DNA of 64,000 bases from Alphaproteobacteria bacterium (GTDB lineage: Bacteria > Pseudomonadota > Alphaproteobacteria > UBA828). Location of the stretch: contig CAXXVO010000007.1 of NCBI GenBank assembly GCA_963422645.2, positions 512,001-576,000 on the forward strand, written 5' to 3'. The translations under genes were made by a program, and so were the position numbers. The notes under the pieces were generated by a model. The model did no database searches and had not been told where the DNA came from. It saw nothing but the letters and a program-made list of their open reading frames with translations. Shown here in pieces: positions 1 through 10,540 of this stretch. Every line of letters starts with the position of its first letter. Positions within the stretch are counted from its first letter, which is position 1.

Positions 1-747
1 GCGCCCGCCCAGGAACATCGCACCCACCGCGGGGTCTGCGAGAAGCGCGGCGCCGCTGCCGTCCAGGCGGTTGCGTCCGTCGACGAGGATGTAGCCGCGA
101 TCAGCGATGCCGAGGGCCTGGCGCGCGTTCTGCTCCACCATGAGGACGGGGACGCCGCGCGTGTTGATCTCCCGCACCACGCGGAAGATGTCGCCGCGGA
201 AGCGCGGAGAGAGCCCTGCGGTCGGCTCGTCCAGGAGGAGCACGACCGGCTCCACCATCAGCGCCTTGGCGATCGCCACCATCTGGCGCTGGCCGCCCGA
301 GAGGTATCCGGCGGGGCTGCGGCGGCGCTCCGCGAGCGGCGGAAAGAGCTCGTACATCTCCTGCATGCGGGGGCGGAAGTCGTCGCGGCGGATGTAGGCC
401 CCCATCTCCAGGTTCTCGTTCACGGTGAGGTTGGGGAACACGTTGGCGGTCTGGGGGACGTAGCACACGCCCTGGCGCACCACCCGATCGGGGGCGGTAC
501 CGGTGATGTCCCGGCCCTGGAGGCTCACCCGCCCGCCTGCGAGCTCAAGGCGCCCGAGAACCGCGTTCATCACCGTGGACTTGCCCGCCCCGTTGGGGCC
601 GACGAGCACGACGATTTCGCCCGCACCGACGCTGACCGAAACTTCGTGAATGATCTCGGCCCCGCCGTAGCCCCCGGTCACGCGCTCGAGCGCGAGCACC
701 GGCGCTCCCGCCCCCTCTTGCGGCGTTCCGCTGCCTGCCTCGCTCAC
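1..747 (-). CDS. livF: Branched-chain amino acid-type ABC transporter ATP-binding protein (LivF-like), runs off the window start
   Basis: Manual translation from GTG at 747, which overlaps the upstream TGA: MSEAG...VLALERVTGGYGGAEII...GPNGAGKST...LSGGQRQM...LLDEP...AMFLGGR. No stop before position 1. Confidence 0.85.
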   Translation of the reverse strand, partial: MSEAGSGTPQEGAGAPVLALERVTGGYGGAEIIHEVSVSVGAGEIVVLVGPNGAGKSTVMNAVLGRLELAGGRVSLQGRDITGTAPDRVVRQGVCYVPQTANVFPNLTVNENLEMGAYIRRDDFRPRMQEMYELFPPLAERRRSPAGYLSGGQRQMVAIAKALMVEPVVLLLDEPTAGLSPRFRGDIFRVVREINTRGVPVLMVEQNARQALGIADRGYILVDGRNRLDGSGAALLADPAVGAMFLGGR

Positions 748-1607
748 GGAGCGGACCCTCCCCCATCTGCTCCCGCCGCGGGTTTGGGGCCGGCATGACC
801 CTCGTCCTCGTCTCCGCCGAGATAGGCGTCGAGCACCCGCGGGTCCCGACGCACCTGCTCCATGGGACCGTCGGTGAGAACCGCGCCCTGCGAGAGCACG
901 ATAACCCGCTCGCAGAGCGAAGCGATGAAGTCCATGTCGTGCTCGATGACGACGAAGGTGTAGCCACGCTCTCGGTTGAGCTCCAGGATCATCTCCCGCA
1001 GGCGGACGAGCAGGGTCGGGTTGACCCCCGCCCCTGGTTCGTCGAGGAGCACGAGACGGGGCGAGGTCATCATCGCCCGGCCGAGCTCGAGCAGCTTCTT
1101 CTGGCCGCCCGAGAGGTTCATCGCGAGCTCGTCGCGCAGATCCCACAGGGTGAGGAAGCGTAGCGCGTCCTCAGCCCTCTCGCGTACCTCGCGTTCGCGC
1201 CGGGCGACCGCGCCTGGCGCGAGCCACACCGGCCACAGGCGCTCTCCGGGCTGGGCGGCAGGCACTGCCATCAGGTTCTCGAGCACCGTGAGGCGGCCGA
1301 ACTCGTGCGGAATCTGGAAGGTGCGCACGATGCCTCGGTGGAAGAGCCGGTGAGTCGGGAGGCCCGTGATGTCCTCGCCGTCGAAGAGAATCCGGCCCGC
1401 GCTTGGAGGCAGCGCCCCCGCCACCATACTGAAGATGGTGGTCTTGCCCGCGCCGTTCGGCCCGATCATCCCGGTAATGCGGCCTGCCTCGATCGTGAAG
1501 GAGCAGCGGTCCACTGCGGTCAGGCCGCCGAAGCGGCGGGTCAGACCCTCGACTGCGAGAATCGGCGCCGGCGAACGGCCGGGCTCGGGCTGCGGGGCGG
1601 TATTCAT
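744..1607 (-). CDS. livG: Branched-chain amino acid-type ABC transporter ATP-binding protein (LivG-like)
   Basis: Walker A GPNGAGKT, signature LSGGQKKL, LLDEP, EHDM and C-terminal DPRVLDAYLG. Start placed at ATG 1607. Confidence 0.88.
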   Translation of the reverse strand: MNTAPQPEPGRSPAPILAVEGLTRRFGGLTAVDRCSFTIEAGRITGMIGPNGAGKTTIFSMVAGALPPSAGRILFDGEDITGLPTHRLFHRGIVRTFQIPHEFGRLTVLENLMAVPAAQPGERLWPVWLAPGAVARREREVRERAEDALRFLTLWDLRDELAMNLSGGQKKLLELGRAMMTSPRLVLLDEPGAGVNPTLLVRLREMILELNRERGYTFVVIEHDMDFIASLCERVIVLSQGAVLTDGPMEQVRRDPRVLDAYLGGDEDEGHAGPKPAAGADGGGSAP

Positions 1608-1740
1608 GACGAGGCCAATGGTAGCCTGCTTGCTTCGATGGGCGCGCAAGGAAAAACTCGGAAATGATAACGCCTGGATACCCCGGCGGGGCTACAATGA
1701 TCAGGACTGGCCGGGGCAACGCGCGGCGAGGGGAGTTGCG

Positions 1741-2919
1741 TTGAACGACGAATCGAGCCCGGATGCGGTCCGGGAGGCCGGAGTGCGAGGTGGGGCGACA
1801 CCGGACTGCGCTCCGGGTGGCACGGCACGGGCCGAGCTGCTCCTGCCGAGTCGCGACCTGCACGCAGATCTCGCCTTCTTCCGCGAACGGCTGGGCTTCC
1901 GTCTCGATTCCATCTTTCCCGCCGACGACCCCGCGCAGGCGGTGCTGTCGGGCCACGGTGTGCGCATCCGGCTCGAACGCGGCGGCGCCGAAGCCCCCGG
2001 CGCGATCCGGCTGCACTGCGAGGACCCGGGCGCATTCGGAGATGGCGAGCGGGAGCTCCACGCCCCCAACGGCACCCGCATCGAGCTTCGGGACCTCCAA
2101 CCCCGCTTGCAGCGCCCGCTCACCCGCCACGCGCTGGTGGTCCAGCGCCAGGACGCGAAGGGCGGCGCGTGGGTGGTGGGCCGCGCCGGCATGCATTACC
2201 GGGACCTCATTCCGGGGCGCCTCGGCGGGGCGATCATCGCCTCGCACATCCGCATCCCGGAGGCGGGACCGGTGCCCGACGACGTGCACTACCACATCGC
2301 GGCATTCCAGCTCATCTACTGCTACCGGGGCTGGGTGGACCTCGTGTACGAGGACCAGGGTCCGCCCTTCCGCCTCGAAGCCGGGGACTGCCTCATTCAG
2401 CCCCCGCAGATCCGCCACCGGGTGCTCGAGTCCTCCGCCGGCCTGGAAGTGATCGAGATTGCGGTGCCGGCGGAGCACCTCACCGCGCTCGATCACGCGC
2501 TGGAGCTTCCCACCGGCCAGTTGCGTCCGGATCGTGACTTCGGCGGCCAGCGCTTCTGCCGCCACTTGGCGCGCGACGCGGTCTGGAACCCGGCCCGCCT
2601 TCCCGGGTTTTCCGCCTGCGACACCGGAATCGCCGCCGCCACCGGCGGGGTGGCGAGCGCGCAAGTCGCGAGACGCACTGACGGCGGCGGCGACGCTGCG
2701 GACACCAGCCATGACGCGGACATCCTCTTCACCTTCGTCCTGGAAGGCGGAATGACACTGCGCGTGCCGGCGCGCGAGACCTGCGCGCTTCGGGCGGGAG
2801 ACGCCTTCGTGCTGCCGCCGGGCCTTCGCAACGCCTATGAGCGCTGCACGGACGACCTCGAGTTGCTGGAGGTATCCCTGCCCGGCGCCTTCGTCACGAC
2901 CATCCACCAAGACCCTTGA
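1741..2919 (+). CDS. Cupin-domain protein with an N-terminal VOC/glyoxalase-like segment and two cupin folds
   Basis: DLAFFRERLGF (VOC-like); DDVHYH...FQLIYCYRGWV...QPPQIRH (cupin); second cupin HDADILFTFVLEG. Start uncertain (TTG 1741 within ORF 1366..2919). Confidence 0.75.
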   Translation: MNDESSPDAVREAGVRGGATPDCAPGGTARAELLLPSRDLHADLAFFRERLGFRLDSIFPADDPAQAVLSGHGVRIRLERGGAEAPGAIRLHCEDPGAFGDGERELHAPNGTRIELRDLQPRLQRPLTRHALVVQRQDAKGGAWVVGRAGMHYRDLIPGRLGGAIIASHIRIPEAGPVPDDVHYHIAAFQLIYCYRGWVDLVYEDQGPPFRLEAGDCLIQPPQIRHRVLESSAGLEVIEIAVPAEHLTALDHALELPTGQLRPDRDFGGQRFCRHLARDAVWNPARLPGFSACDTGIAAATGGVASAQVARRTDGGGDAADTSHDADILFTFVLEGGMTLRVPARETCALRAGDAFVLPPGLRNAYERCTDDLELLEVSLPGAFVTTIHQDP

Positions 2920-2939
2920 CGGGAACTTTCGGCGCTAGA

Positions 2940-2964
2940 GCGCGTCCGTTCTTGACGGACGCGC
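2940..2964. repeat. 10-bp-stem hairpin downstream of the cupin gene (possible terminator or REP-like element)
   Basis: GCGCGTCCGT-TCTTG-ACGGACGCGC, with no U-tract. Confidence 0.4.
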
Positions 2965-3283
2965 GACAGGCCGCGACCGCGGCCCGCCGCTTAGCGGCGC
3001 CCTCGCGCGCCCGCGCGCGTATCCTCGCGACGCGGAGGCGCCGGCCGTAGGCCGGCTGCCGTGAGCGACAAAGAAGCAGAGCGTTTCCGTGTAGAGATCC
3101 AATTACGAGACTTCATCGTGATAGAGGATGATTCAATTTTCGTAACTACCCAGGTACCCCAATCCTGAGTTGAGGACGGTGATTATGGCGGCGGCCGCGG
3201 CCTGGTTCTGCCACCGCGATTGGTTCTTGACCTCATAGAGTTGCGGGACTATGGACTGCTCTCTCGCGTGACGGGAGCGGTCC

Positions 3284-3949
3284 ATGGGGTATTTCGGCTC
3301 GAAGGCGACAGCAGGTCTGTGCCAAGCGCTGATTGCGCTGATGCCGCCGCACTCCGTCTACATCGAAAGCCACCTTGGGGGCGGGGCGCTGATGAAGCGC
3401 AAGCCGCCGGCCGTGCGTTCGATCGGCATCGACCGCGATGCGCAGGCGCTCGAGGCCTTCGTCTGCGACTACCCGGTCGATCTGGTTCACGGCTGTGCCC
3501 ATGACTTCCTGGCCTCGTTCCCGTTCCTGGGCCCGGAGCTGGTTTACAGCGATCCGCCCTATCTGCACGCGACCCGCCGCTCGGCGCAGCGCTACCGCTT
3601 CGAGTACGAGGAGGCCGGCCACGTCGCGCTTCTCGCGCTGCTCAAGGCTCTGCCCTGCCAGGTCATGATCTCGGGCCATCCGTCGGCGCTCTATGACGAG
3701 GTGCTGGCGGGATGGCGCCGGCTGGCGCTGCAGGTCACGACCCAGGGTCTGGTGCGAACCGAGGTCGTCTGGTTCAACTACGCCCCCGACCGGATGCATT
3801 GGGCCAGCCACGCAGGCCGGAACTTCACCGACCGCCAGCGCATCAAGCGCAAGGCAGCCAACTGGGGCCGGCGCTACCAGGCCTTGCCGCCGGGCGAACG
3901 CCTCGCCGTGCTCGCCGCCATGATGGCCGTCGAGGCCGAAGACACGTGA
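3284..3949 (+). CDS. Short D12/Dam-class N6-adenine DNA methyltransferase
   Basis: GYFGSK (motif X), YIESHLGGGAL (motif I), GIDRD, YSDPPY (motif IV); 221 aa with little room for a TRD. Confidence 0.85.
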   Translation: MGYFGSKATAGLCQALIALMPPHSVYIESHLGGGALMKRKPPAVRSIGIDRDAQALEAFVCDYPVDLVHGCAHDFLASFPFLGPELVYSDPPYLHATRRSAQRYRFEYEEAGHVALLALLKALPCQVMISGHPSALYDEVLAGWRRLALQVTTQGLVRTEVVWFNYAPDRMHWASHAGRNFTDRQRIKRKAANWGRRYQALPPGERLAVLAAMMAVEAEDT

Positions 3950-5484
3950 CGGTGTCGCACTGGCACGAAGACCTCGCCGCCCGTAACGAGGCCTTCTGCT
4001 GCCTGAAGGAGCTTCTCGAGCCATCATCCCTCGCAACCACTGTCGTCGTTGCCGTCCGGGAATGGGGGCAGGGGCTGCTGCGATCAGCCACCGCGCTCGC
4101 CCGGGAAAATGCCGCACTCGAGCAGGAGAACGCGGCCCTGCGCGAGCGCATCGCCGAACTCGAGCGCAGCGCGGCCCTCAACAGCACCACAAGCAGCAAG
4201 CCCCCCGCCAGCGACGGGCTCAAGAAGAAAAGCGGAGCCCAGAGGCGCACCCAAAGCCAGCGCGGAAAGTCCGGCGGGCCCAGTGGCGGCCAGCCCGGCC
4301 ACAAGGGAACCACCCTCGCGCGGAGCGACAGCCCGGACCGTGTCGTCGATCACCACCCCTCCACCTGTTCCGGCTGTGGCGTCGAGCTCTCGGACGCCGA
4401 CCGGCAAGGCGCGCCCGCCTGTCGGCAGGTCTTCGACGTACCCGAGCCGCAGCCTCTCGAGGTCACCGAACACCGCGCCCATCGCTGCCTCTGCGGCGCA
4501 TGCGGCACGCTGACACGAGCCGCCTTCCCGCCGGGCGTCACCGCCCCGGTCCAGTACGGCCCTCGCATCACCGCTTGGGTGAGTTACCTGCTGTACGCCC
4601 AGTTCGTGCCCGAGAAGCGTCTGGCCGAACTCATGAGCGACATCTTCGCGGTGTCCATCTCCACTGCCACGATCGCCGCCATGGGCCGGCGCACAGCGCA
4701 GCGCTTCGAGGGCTTCCTCGACCATGTCGCCGATCTGATCCGCACGCAGGCGCCGGTCAAGCACCTCGACGAGACCGGCCTGCGTATCGCCGCCCGTACC
4801 CGCTGGCTCCATGTGCTGTGCACCCCGTTGCTCACCGTCCTGCGCATCGGCGAGGGACGCGGCGATGTCGAAAAGAACCTGAAAGGCATCCTCGTCCACG
4901 ACGACTTCGCCCCCTACTTCACCATCAAGGGCGTCCGCCACGGCGCCTGCAACGCACATCACCTGCGCGAACTCCAGGCCCTGATCGACATCGAGAAGGA
5001 GGAATGGGCGGCGAGCATGCACCGCCTGCTTCAGCGCGCGCGCAGGGCCGCCCGCTTCGCCCGTGAGAAAGACCGTCAAGTCCCCGCCTCCCTGGTGGCC
5101 CGCATCTCAAGGGCATGGGACCGTATCCTCGAAGAAGCCATCGCCTTCCATGAGGCCCAACCGCCGCTCCAGATCGCAAAGCGAGGGCGAAAGAAACGCC
5201 GCATCGGCCACAACCTCGCGCGCCGCCTTCAAAAGCATAAGGAGGGCTGCCTGCGCTTCCTCACCGACCTGCGCACGCCGTTCACGAATAACGAGGCGGA
5301 GCGTGACATCCGTATGAACAAAGTGCATGAGAAGATCTCAGGCGGCTTCCGCTCCCTGCAAGGCGCCTGCAACTTCGCCGGAATGCGCAGCGTCATCGTC
5401 ACCGCTCGAAAGCAAGGCTGGAACATCCTGCAAATCCTGGCGCACCCGGAACCGATGCAGCTGATCCCTATACTGCGCTCCTGA
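3946..5484 (+). CDS. IS66 family transposase (TnpC-like)
   Basis: NSTTSSKPPASD, GGQPGHKG, CxxC zinc motifs, HLDETG, CNAHHLRE, TNNEAERDIR. GTG start at 3946 overlaps the MTase stop (GTGA). Confidence 0.92.
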   Translation: MTVSHWHEDLAARNEAFCCLKELLEPSSLATTVVVAVREWGQGLLRSATALARENAALEQENAALRERIAELERSAALNSTTSSKPPASDGLKKKSGAQRRTQSQRGKSGGPSGGQPGHKGTTLARSDSPDRVVDHHPSTCSGCGVELSDADRQGAPACRQVFDVPEPQPLEVTEHRAHRCLCGACGTLTRAAFPPGVTAPVQYGPRITAWVSYLLYAQFVPEKRLAELMSDIFAVSISTATIAAMGRRTAQRFEGFLDHVADLIRTQAPVKHLDETGLRIAARTRWLHVLCTPLLTVLRIGEGRGDVEKNLKGILVHDDFAPYFTIKGVRHGACNAHHLRELQALIDIEKEEWAASMHRLLQRARRAARFAREKDRQVPASLVARISRAWDRILEEAIAFHEAQPPLQIAKRGRKKRRIGHNLARRLQKHKEGCLRFLTDLRTPFTNNEAERDIRMNKVHEKISGGFRSLQGACNFAGMRSVIVTARKQGWNILQILAHPEPMQLIPILRS

Positions 5485-5864
5485 ACTTCTCCGGCTCATC
5501 CTGAGTATCGCTGTCCTCTCATCTTGTTCGCGACGCGGCGTTCATCATCCTCTCGCGCTCAAGAGAGTAGGCACCCCCGCGGCGTGGGGGCGTTGACGCA
5601 AAAGGAACTGGCTTGTTCCATAAGAGAGAGGGGGTACCTGGGCAGTTACCAATTTTCGATGGTCATACGTTACGATGTTGTTTTAACAGGTGATAGTTGG
5701 TATGTCGACTGTTTAGATAGGATTTTTGTAACTGCCCAGGTTCTTGCTGTGAAAATTCTCTGGGATTCGGCACAACGCTACCCACGCGACGCCCGTGTGC
5801 TCCTCTGGGGTCGCCGGGTTTCACAGCTCACGATGCCCCTCTTGCGGACTGCGACCGGTAAGCT

Positions 5865-6887
5865 CAGACTTCCTGACCTCGTGATGCTGGCTGTTCTGGG
5901 CAGCGTGCCGGGAACTCCTTGAATTCTGATACATTTCGGTTGTTTCAGGCGGTTTTTCGCTGGGTGTCGCGCCCGAGGTCTGATAGTATAATTTGATACC
6001 AATTGCACGGTCTCAACCATGCCCAGTACCCTCCCAATGTGCCCTCCAGAGGCGGTCTCGATCGGCAACAGCTGCTTCGCCGTCCTGATCTCGGACGACA
6101 CCTTCACCTACTTTTCCAACCTCATTCCCTTTGACAGCCACGCCGCCGATGACCGCACGGCCATGCTCTTGCGGATCGGCCGCCTCGCGGCGATCAGCGC
6201 GGTCTCGCCGCAGGAACTGGCTGACGCTTTCGCTGTCTCGCGCGCGACGGTGCAGCGCGCACGACGGCGCTACCTGGCCGAGGGCGAAGCGGGGTTCATG
6301 AAGCCCCGGCGCGGTCGCGGGCCGTCGGTGTTCACTCCGGAGTTGGCGGAGAAGGCGACGGCGTTGCTGGCATCGGGCCTGAGCGGCTCTGCGGCGGCCC
6401 GGGTTCTCGGCGTGTCAGCGCCATCGGTCAACAAGTGGCGCCGTCAGGGACTGATCGGCAACACGGAGGCGGATGGGGAGCCCGGACGCTCAGCGCTGGC
6501 TGCGCCGCCTGACGCGGGTGCGGCTCCTGAAGGCCGTGTCGATGAAGAGAGTACCGGTGCCCCGGGGCCGGAGACGGCGCCGGGGCTGGAAGCGCAGCCG
6601 CAAACGGATCGCAGCGCGCGCGATCGGCGGGACCGGCAGGCGCCGATGGGGCGTGCGACTTGCGATGTTCCGGCTCGGGTTCTGGCCAGTTGTGGCCTCC
6701 TGCGGGTCCACATTCTTGGCCTCGCAAACGACGCCTGCGACCGTTGGATCGATGCGGTTCTGAGCGACCTGAACGCCACCGAAACGGTCTTCCCCGGCAC
6801 CCGTCTGCGCATAGTCTACGACATCGACGGGGCCTCGGAATCCGCGCGGCTCGTGTCACCTAAAATCAGCAGAGGTCAGGAAGTCTG
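5865..6887 (+). mobile_element. Internally deleted, non-autonomous derivative of the CAGAC-ended IS at 54189-56702
   Basis: 16-bp perfect TIR CAGACTTCCTGACCTC; TSD AAGCT at 5860-5864 and 6888-6892; the empty site GGTAAGCTACC is present in IS66-B copy 2. Confidence 0.92.
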
Positions 6888-6888
6888 A
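6019..6888 (+). pseudogene. Transposase with the catalytic core deleted (N-terminal HTH region fused in frame to the C-terminus)
   Basis: Matches the N-terminus (MPSTLP...VLASCG) and C-terminus (LLRVHILG...RGQEV) of the transposase at 54188-56546, joined at a TGG microhomology. Confidence 0.88.
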
Positions 6889-7023
6889 AGCTACCCCGAT
6901 GTGGCCCGAAGTCCGCCCGCGCGACGGGCACCGATTTTCATTCTATGGGGTGGTCCAGCACGGCGTCGACCATGATCGTTTATGAGAATGGCTCCGCTGT
7001 TGGAGAACCCGTGCCAGGTGAGC

Positions 7024-8529
7024 TTACGCGCACTTGACGGTGGCGATGAGCCGATCCGATGGGCTGGTCAGGGCTTCGATGATATTCCAGCCCTGCTTTC
7101 TGGCGGTGGTGATGACGCTGCGCAGGATGGCGAAGTTCTCGGCCCCCTGCGCGGACCGGAAGCCCCCGGAGATCTTCTGGCGCAGCTTCATCATCCGAAG
7201 GTCGCGCTCGGCCTCGTTGTTCGTGAACCCGACCTCGAGGTCGATCAGGAACCGGAGCACCGCGCATTTGTGGTCGCGCAGCCTCAAGGCCGGATTGTGA
7301 CCGATCCTTCGCTTCCGGCGCTTCTTCCTCTTGCCAGGCGAGAACGGTGGTTGGCTCTCGTGAAAGGCCAGCGCATCGGCGATGATCTCGTCGTATCGGC
7401 GCTCGATCAGCGCCACAAGCCTCGCCGGAACGGCGATATCCTTGTCCAGCGCGATGCGGGCGGCGCGATTGGCTCGGCGCAGGAGCTGCTGCATCCGCCG
7501 GGCCCAAGCCTCCCCTTCGATGTCCACCAGCGCCTGCAACTCCCGCAGGTGATGGGCGTTGCACAGGCCGTGCTCCACCCCTTCCATCGCGAAGTACGGC
7601 TTCCAGTGATCGTGCACGACGATGCCGGAGACACCCGAGAGCAGGGCGCCGCGCTTGCCGCTGACCCGGTACGCCGCCAGCAGCGGCGTGCAGATCACAT
7701 GAAGCCACTGCGTCTGACCGCCGATCCGCAAGCCGGTCTCGTCCATGTGTTTCACCCGCGCCGTGCCCGCCGCCAGGTCCTGTATGTGCAAGGCCGCGTC
7801 CCGCAGCCGCTCGGCCGCCCTCTCGCTCATCGTCGCCAACGTCGCAGCCGTCACCGGCGCGCCGAAGAGCTCGGCCATCACCTGCGACAGCCGATCCTCC
7901 GGCAGGAAGTGAGCGTGCTGAAGGTAGACCGCCACCCCGGCAATGCGCGGGCCGTACTGCACCGGCGCCGACACCCCGTCGGGGAACGCCGCCCGGGTCA
8001 CCGTCCCGCAATGCCCGCAGCACTTGGCATGCGCCCGGTGCTCGGTCACCTCCAGGGGGCTCGGCTCGGGCAGATCGAACACCTGGCGGGCGACGGGCGT
8101 TCCCGCCCTGGCCGCGTCCGAAAGCGGCGAACCGCATCCCTTGCAGGAAGCCGGGACGTGATCCTTCACCCGATCCGGGTGATCGGCGCGGCGCAGCGTC
8201 TTGCCCTTGTGGCCGGGCTGGCCACCGGGCTTGCGGCCCGATTTGCCGCGCAGGCTTCGGGTTCGCCGCTTCGAATTCGGCTTCCTCAGCCCATCGCTCG
8301 AAGGCGGCTTGCCGCTGTTGCCGCTGTTGAGGCCGAGACGGCGCTCCAACTCCTCGATGCGCTCGACGAGACGCGCGACTTGCTCTTCCAGCCGCGCGTT
8401 CTGCTGCCGAAGCCAGGCATTTTCCTCCCGAAGCCGGGCGTTCTCCTCCTCCAGGCGGGCGATCTTCTGCGCGGGCGTTTCGGGCGCTGCTCCCGTCGAA
8501 GGGCCGCGCGGCGACTCGGGATTGCTCAT
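7024..8529 (-). CDS. IS66 family transposase
   Basis: NSGNSGKPPSSD, GGQPGHKG, HMDETG, CNAHHLRE, TNNEAERDLR; 501 aa intact. Confidence 0.93.
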   Translation of the reverse strand: MSNPESPRGPSTGAAPETPAQKIARLEEENARLREENAWLRQQNARLEEQVARLVERIEELERRLGLNSGNSGKPPSSDGLRKPNSKRRTRSLRGKSGRKPGGQPGHKGKTLRRADHPDRVKDHVPASCKGCGSPLSDAARAGTPVARQVFDLPEPSPLEVTEHRAHAKCCGHCGTVTRAAFPDGVSAPVQYGPRIAGVAVYLQHAHFLPEDRLSQVMAELFGAPVTAATLATMSERAAERLRDAALHIQDLAAGTARVKHMDETGLRIGGQTQWLHVICTPLLAAYRVSGKRGALLSGVSGIVVHDHWKPYFAMEGVEHGLCNAHHLRELQALVDIEGEAWARRMQQLLRRANRAARIALDKDIAVPARLVALIERRYDEIIADALAFHESQPPFSPGKRKKRRKRRIGHNPALRLRDHKCAVLRFLIDLEVGFTNNEAERDLRMMKLRQKISGGFRSAQGAENFAILRSVITTARKQGWNIIEALTSPSDRLIATVKCA

Positions 8530-8651
8530 GTCGTTGTTGAGTCATTTCCCGAAATTCCCGTCAAGCCCTTTCCACCAACTCCGAACGAGAAACGCCTCAA
8601 TCCACTGGCCCAAAATGACAAATCAGACGACCTGGGCAGTTACCATTTAAG

Positions 8652-10540
8652 GTAACTGCCCAGGTTCTTGCTGTGAAAATTCTCTGGGATTCGGCACAAC
8701 GCTACCCACGCGACGCCCGTGTGCTCCTCTGGGGTCGCCGGGTTTCACAGCTCACGATGCCCCTCTTGCGGACTGCGACCGGTAAGCTACCCCGATGTGG
8801 CCCGAAGTCCGCCCGCGCGACGGGCACCGATTTTCATTCTATGGGGTGGTCCAGCACGGCGTCGACCATGATCGTTTATGAGAATGGCTCCGCTGTTGGA
8901 GAACCCGTGCCAGGTGAGCTTACGCGCACTTGACGGTGGCGATGAGCCGATCCGATGGGCTGGTCAGGGCTTCGATGATATTCCAGCCCTGCTTTCTGGC
9001 GGTGGTGATGACGCTGCGCAGGATGGCGAAGTTCTCGGCCCCCTGCGCGGACCGGAAGCCCCCGGAGATCTTCTGGCGCAGCTTCATCATCCGAAGGTCG
9101 CGCTCGGCCTCGTTGTTCGTGAACCCGACCTCGAGGTCGATCAGGAACCGGAGCACCGCGCATTTGTGGTCGCGCAGCCTCAAGGCCAGATTGTGACCGA
9201 TCCTTCGCTTCCGGCGCTTCTTCCTCTTGCCAGGCGAGAACGGTGGTTGGCTCTCGTGAAAGGCCAGCGCATCGGCGATGATCTCGTCGTATCGGCGCTC
9301 GATCAGCGCCACAAGCCTCGCCGGAACGGCGATATCCTTGTCCAGCGCGATGCGGGCGGCGCGATTGGCTCGGCGCAGGAGCTGCTGCATCCGCCGGGCC
9401 CAAGCCTCCCCTTCGATGTCCACCAGCGCCTGCAACTCCCGCAGGTGATGGGCGTTGCACAGGCCGTGCTCCACCCCTTCCATCGCGAAGTACGGCTTCC
9501 AGTGATCGTGCACGACGATGCCGGAGACACCCGAGAGCAGGGCGCCGCGCTTGCCGCTGACCCGGTACGCCGCCAGCAGCGGCGTGCAGATCACATGAAG
9601 CCACTGCGTCTGACCGCCGATCCGCAAGCCGGTCTCGTCCATGTGTTTCACCCGCGCCGTGCCCGCCGCCAGGTCCTGTATGTGCAAGGCCGCGTCCCGC
9701 AAGCCGCTCGGCCGCCCTCTCGCTCATCGTCGCCAACGTCGCAGCCGTCACCGGCGCGCCGAAGAGCTCGGCCATCACCTGCGACAGCCGATCCTCCGGC
9801 AGGAAGTGAGCGTGCTGAAGGTAGACCGCCACCCCGGCAATGCGCGGGCCGTACTGCACCGGCGCCGACACCCCGTCGGGGAACGCCGCCCGGGTCACCG
9901 TCCCGCAATGCCCGCAGCACTTGGCATGCGCCCGGTGCTCGGTCACCTCCAGGGGGCTCGGCTCGGGCAGATCGAACACCTGGCGGGCGACGGGCGTTCC
10001 CGCCCTGGCCGCGTCCGAAAGCGGCGAACCGCATCCCTTGCAGGAAGCCGGGACGTGATCCTTCACCCGATCCGGGTGATCGGCGCGGCGCAGCGTCTTG
10101 CCCTTGTGGCCGGGCTGGCCACCGGGCTTGCGGCCCGATTTGCCGCGCAGGCTTCGGGTTCGCCGCTTCGAATTCGGCTTCCTCAGCCCATCGCTCGAAG
10201 GCGGCTTGCCGCTGTTGCCGCTGTTGAGGCCGAGACGGCGCTCCAACTCCTCGATGCGCTCGACGAGACGCGCGACTTGCTCTTCCAGCCGCGCGTTCTG
10301 CTGCCGAAGCCAGGCATTTTCCTCCCGAAGCCGGGCGTTCTCCTCCTCCAGGCGGGCGATCTTCTGCGCGGGCGTTTCGGGCGCTGCTCCCGTCGAAGGG
10401 CCGCGCGGCGACTCGGGATTGCTCATGTCGTTGTTGAGTCATTTCCCGAAATTCCCGTCAAGCCCTTTCCACCAACTCCGAACGAGAAACGCCTCAATCC
10501 ACTGGCCCAAAATGACAAATCAGACGACCTGGGCAGTTAC
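8652..10540 (-). mobile_element. IS66 element 'B', copy 2, in tandem with copy 1
   Basis: Same TIRs; separated from copy 1 by 8 bp (CATTTAAG); TSD GGATTTTT at 5720-5727 and 10541-10548 flanks the dimer. Confidence 0.92.
8920..10426 (-). pseudogene. IS66 transposase frameshifted by +1 near 9701 (real or a sequencing error)
   Basis: TCCCGCAAGCCG here versus TCCCGCAGCCG in copy 1; the ORF is split into 8876..10426 and 8920..9702. Confidence 0.85.

Larger units (their letters stand above)
3142..5649 (+). mobile_element. IS66 family (ISBst12-type, single transposase) element 'A' with a DNA methyltransferase passenger
   Basis: 19-bp TIRs GTAACT(A/G)CCCAGGTACCCC with 1 mismatch; 8-bp TSD CAATTTTC at 3134-3141 and 5650-5657. 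Confidence 0.93.
5728..8643 (-). mobile_element. IS66 family (ISBst12-type) element 'B', copy 1, carrying a 1-kb insertion in its 3' non-coding end
   Basis: TIRs GTAACTGCCCAGGT at 5728 and the reverse complement ending at 8643. Confidence 0.92.

Noticed and set aside
3284-3949. Restriction-modification system
   Set aside because: No endonuclease gene is nearby and the MTase lies inside IS ends.
9695-9705. Programmed frameshifts in IS66-B copy 2 (and near 55510 and 51660)
   Set aside because: These are single-base indels without slippery motifs, and copy 1 of IS66-B is intact. Mutation or sequencing error is more likely.
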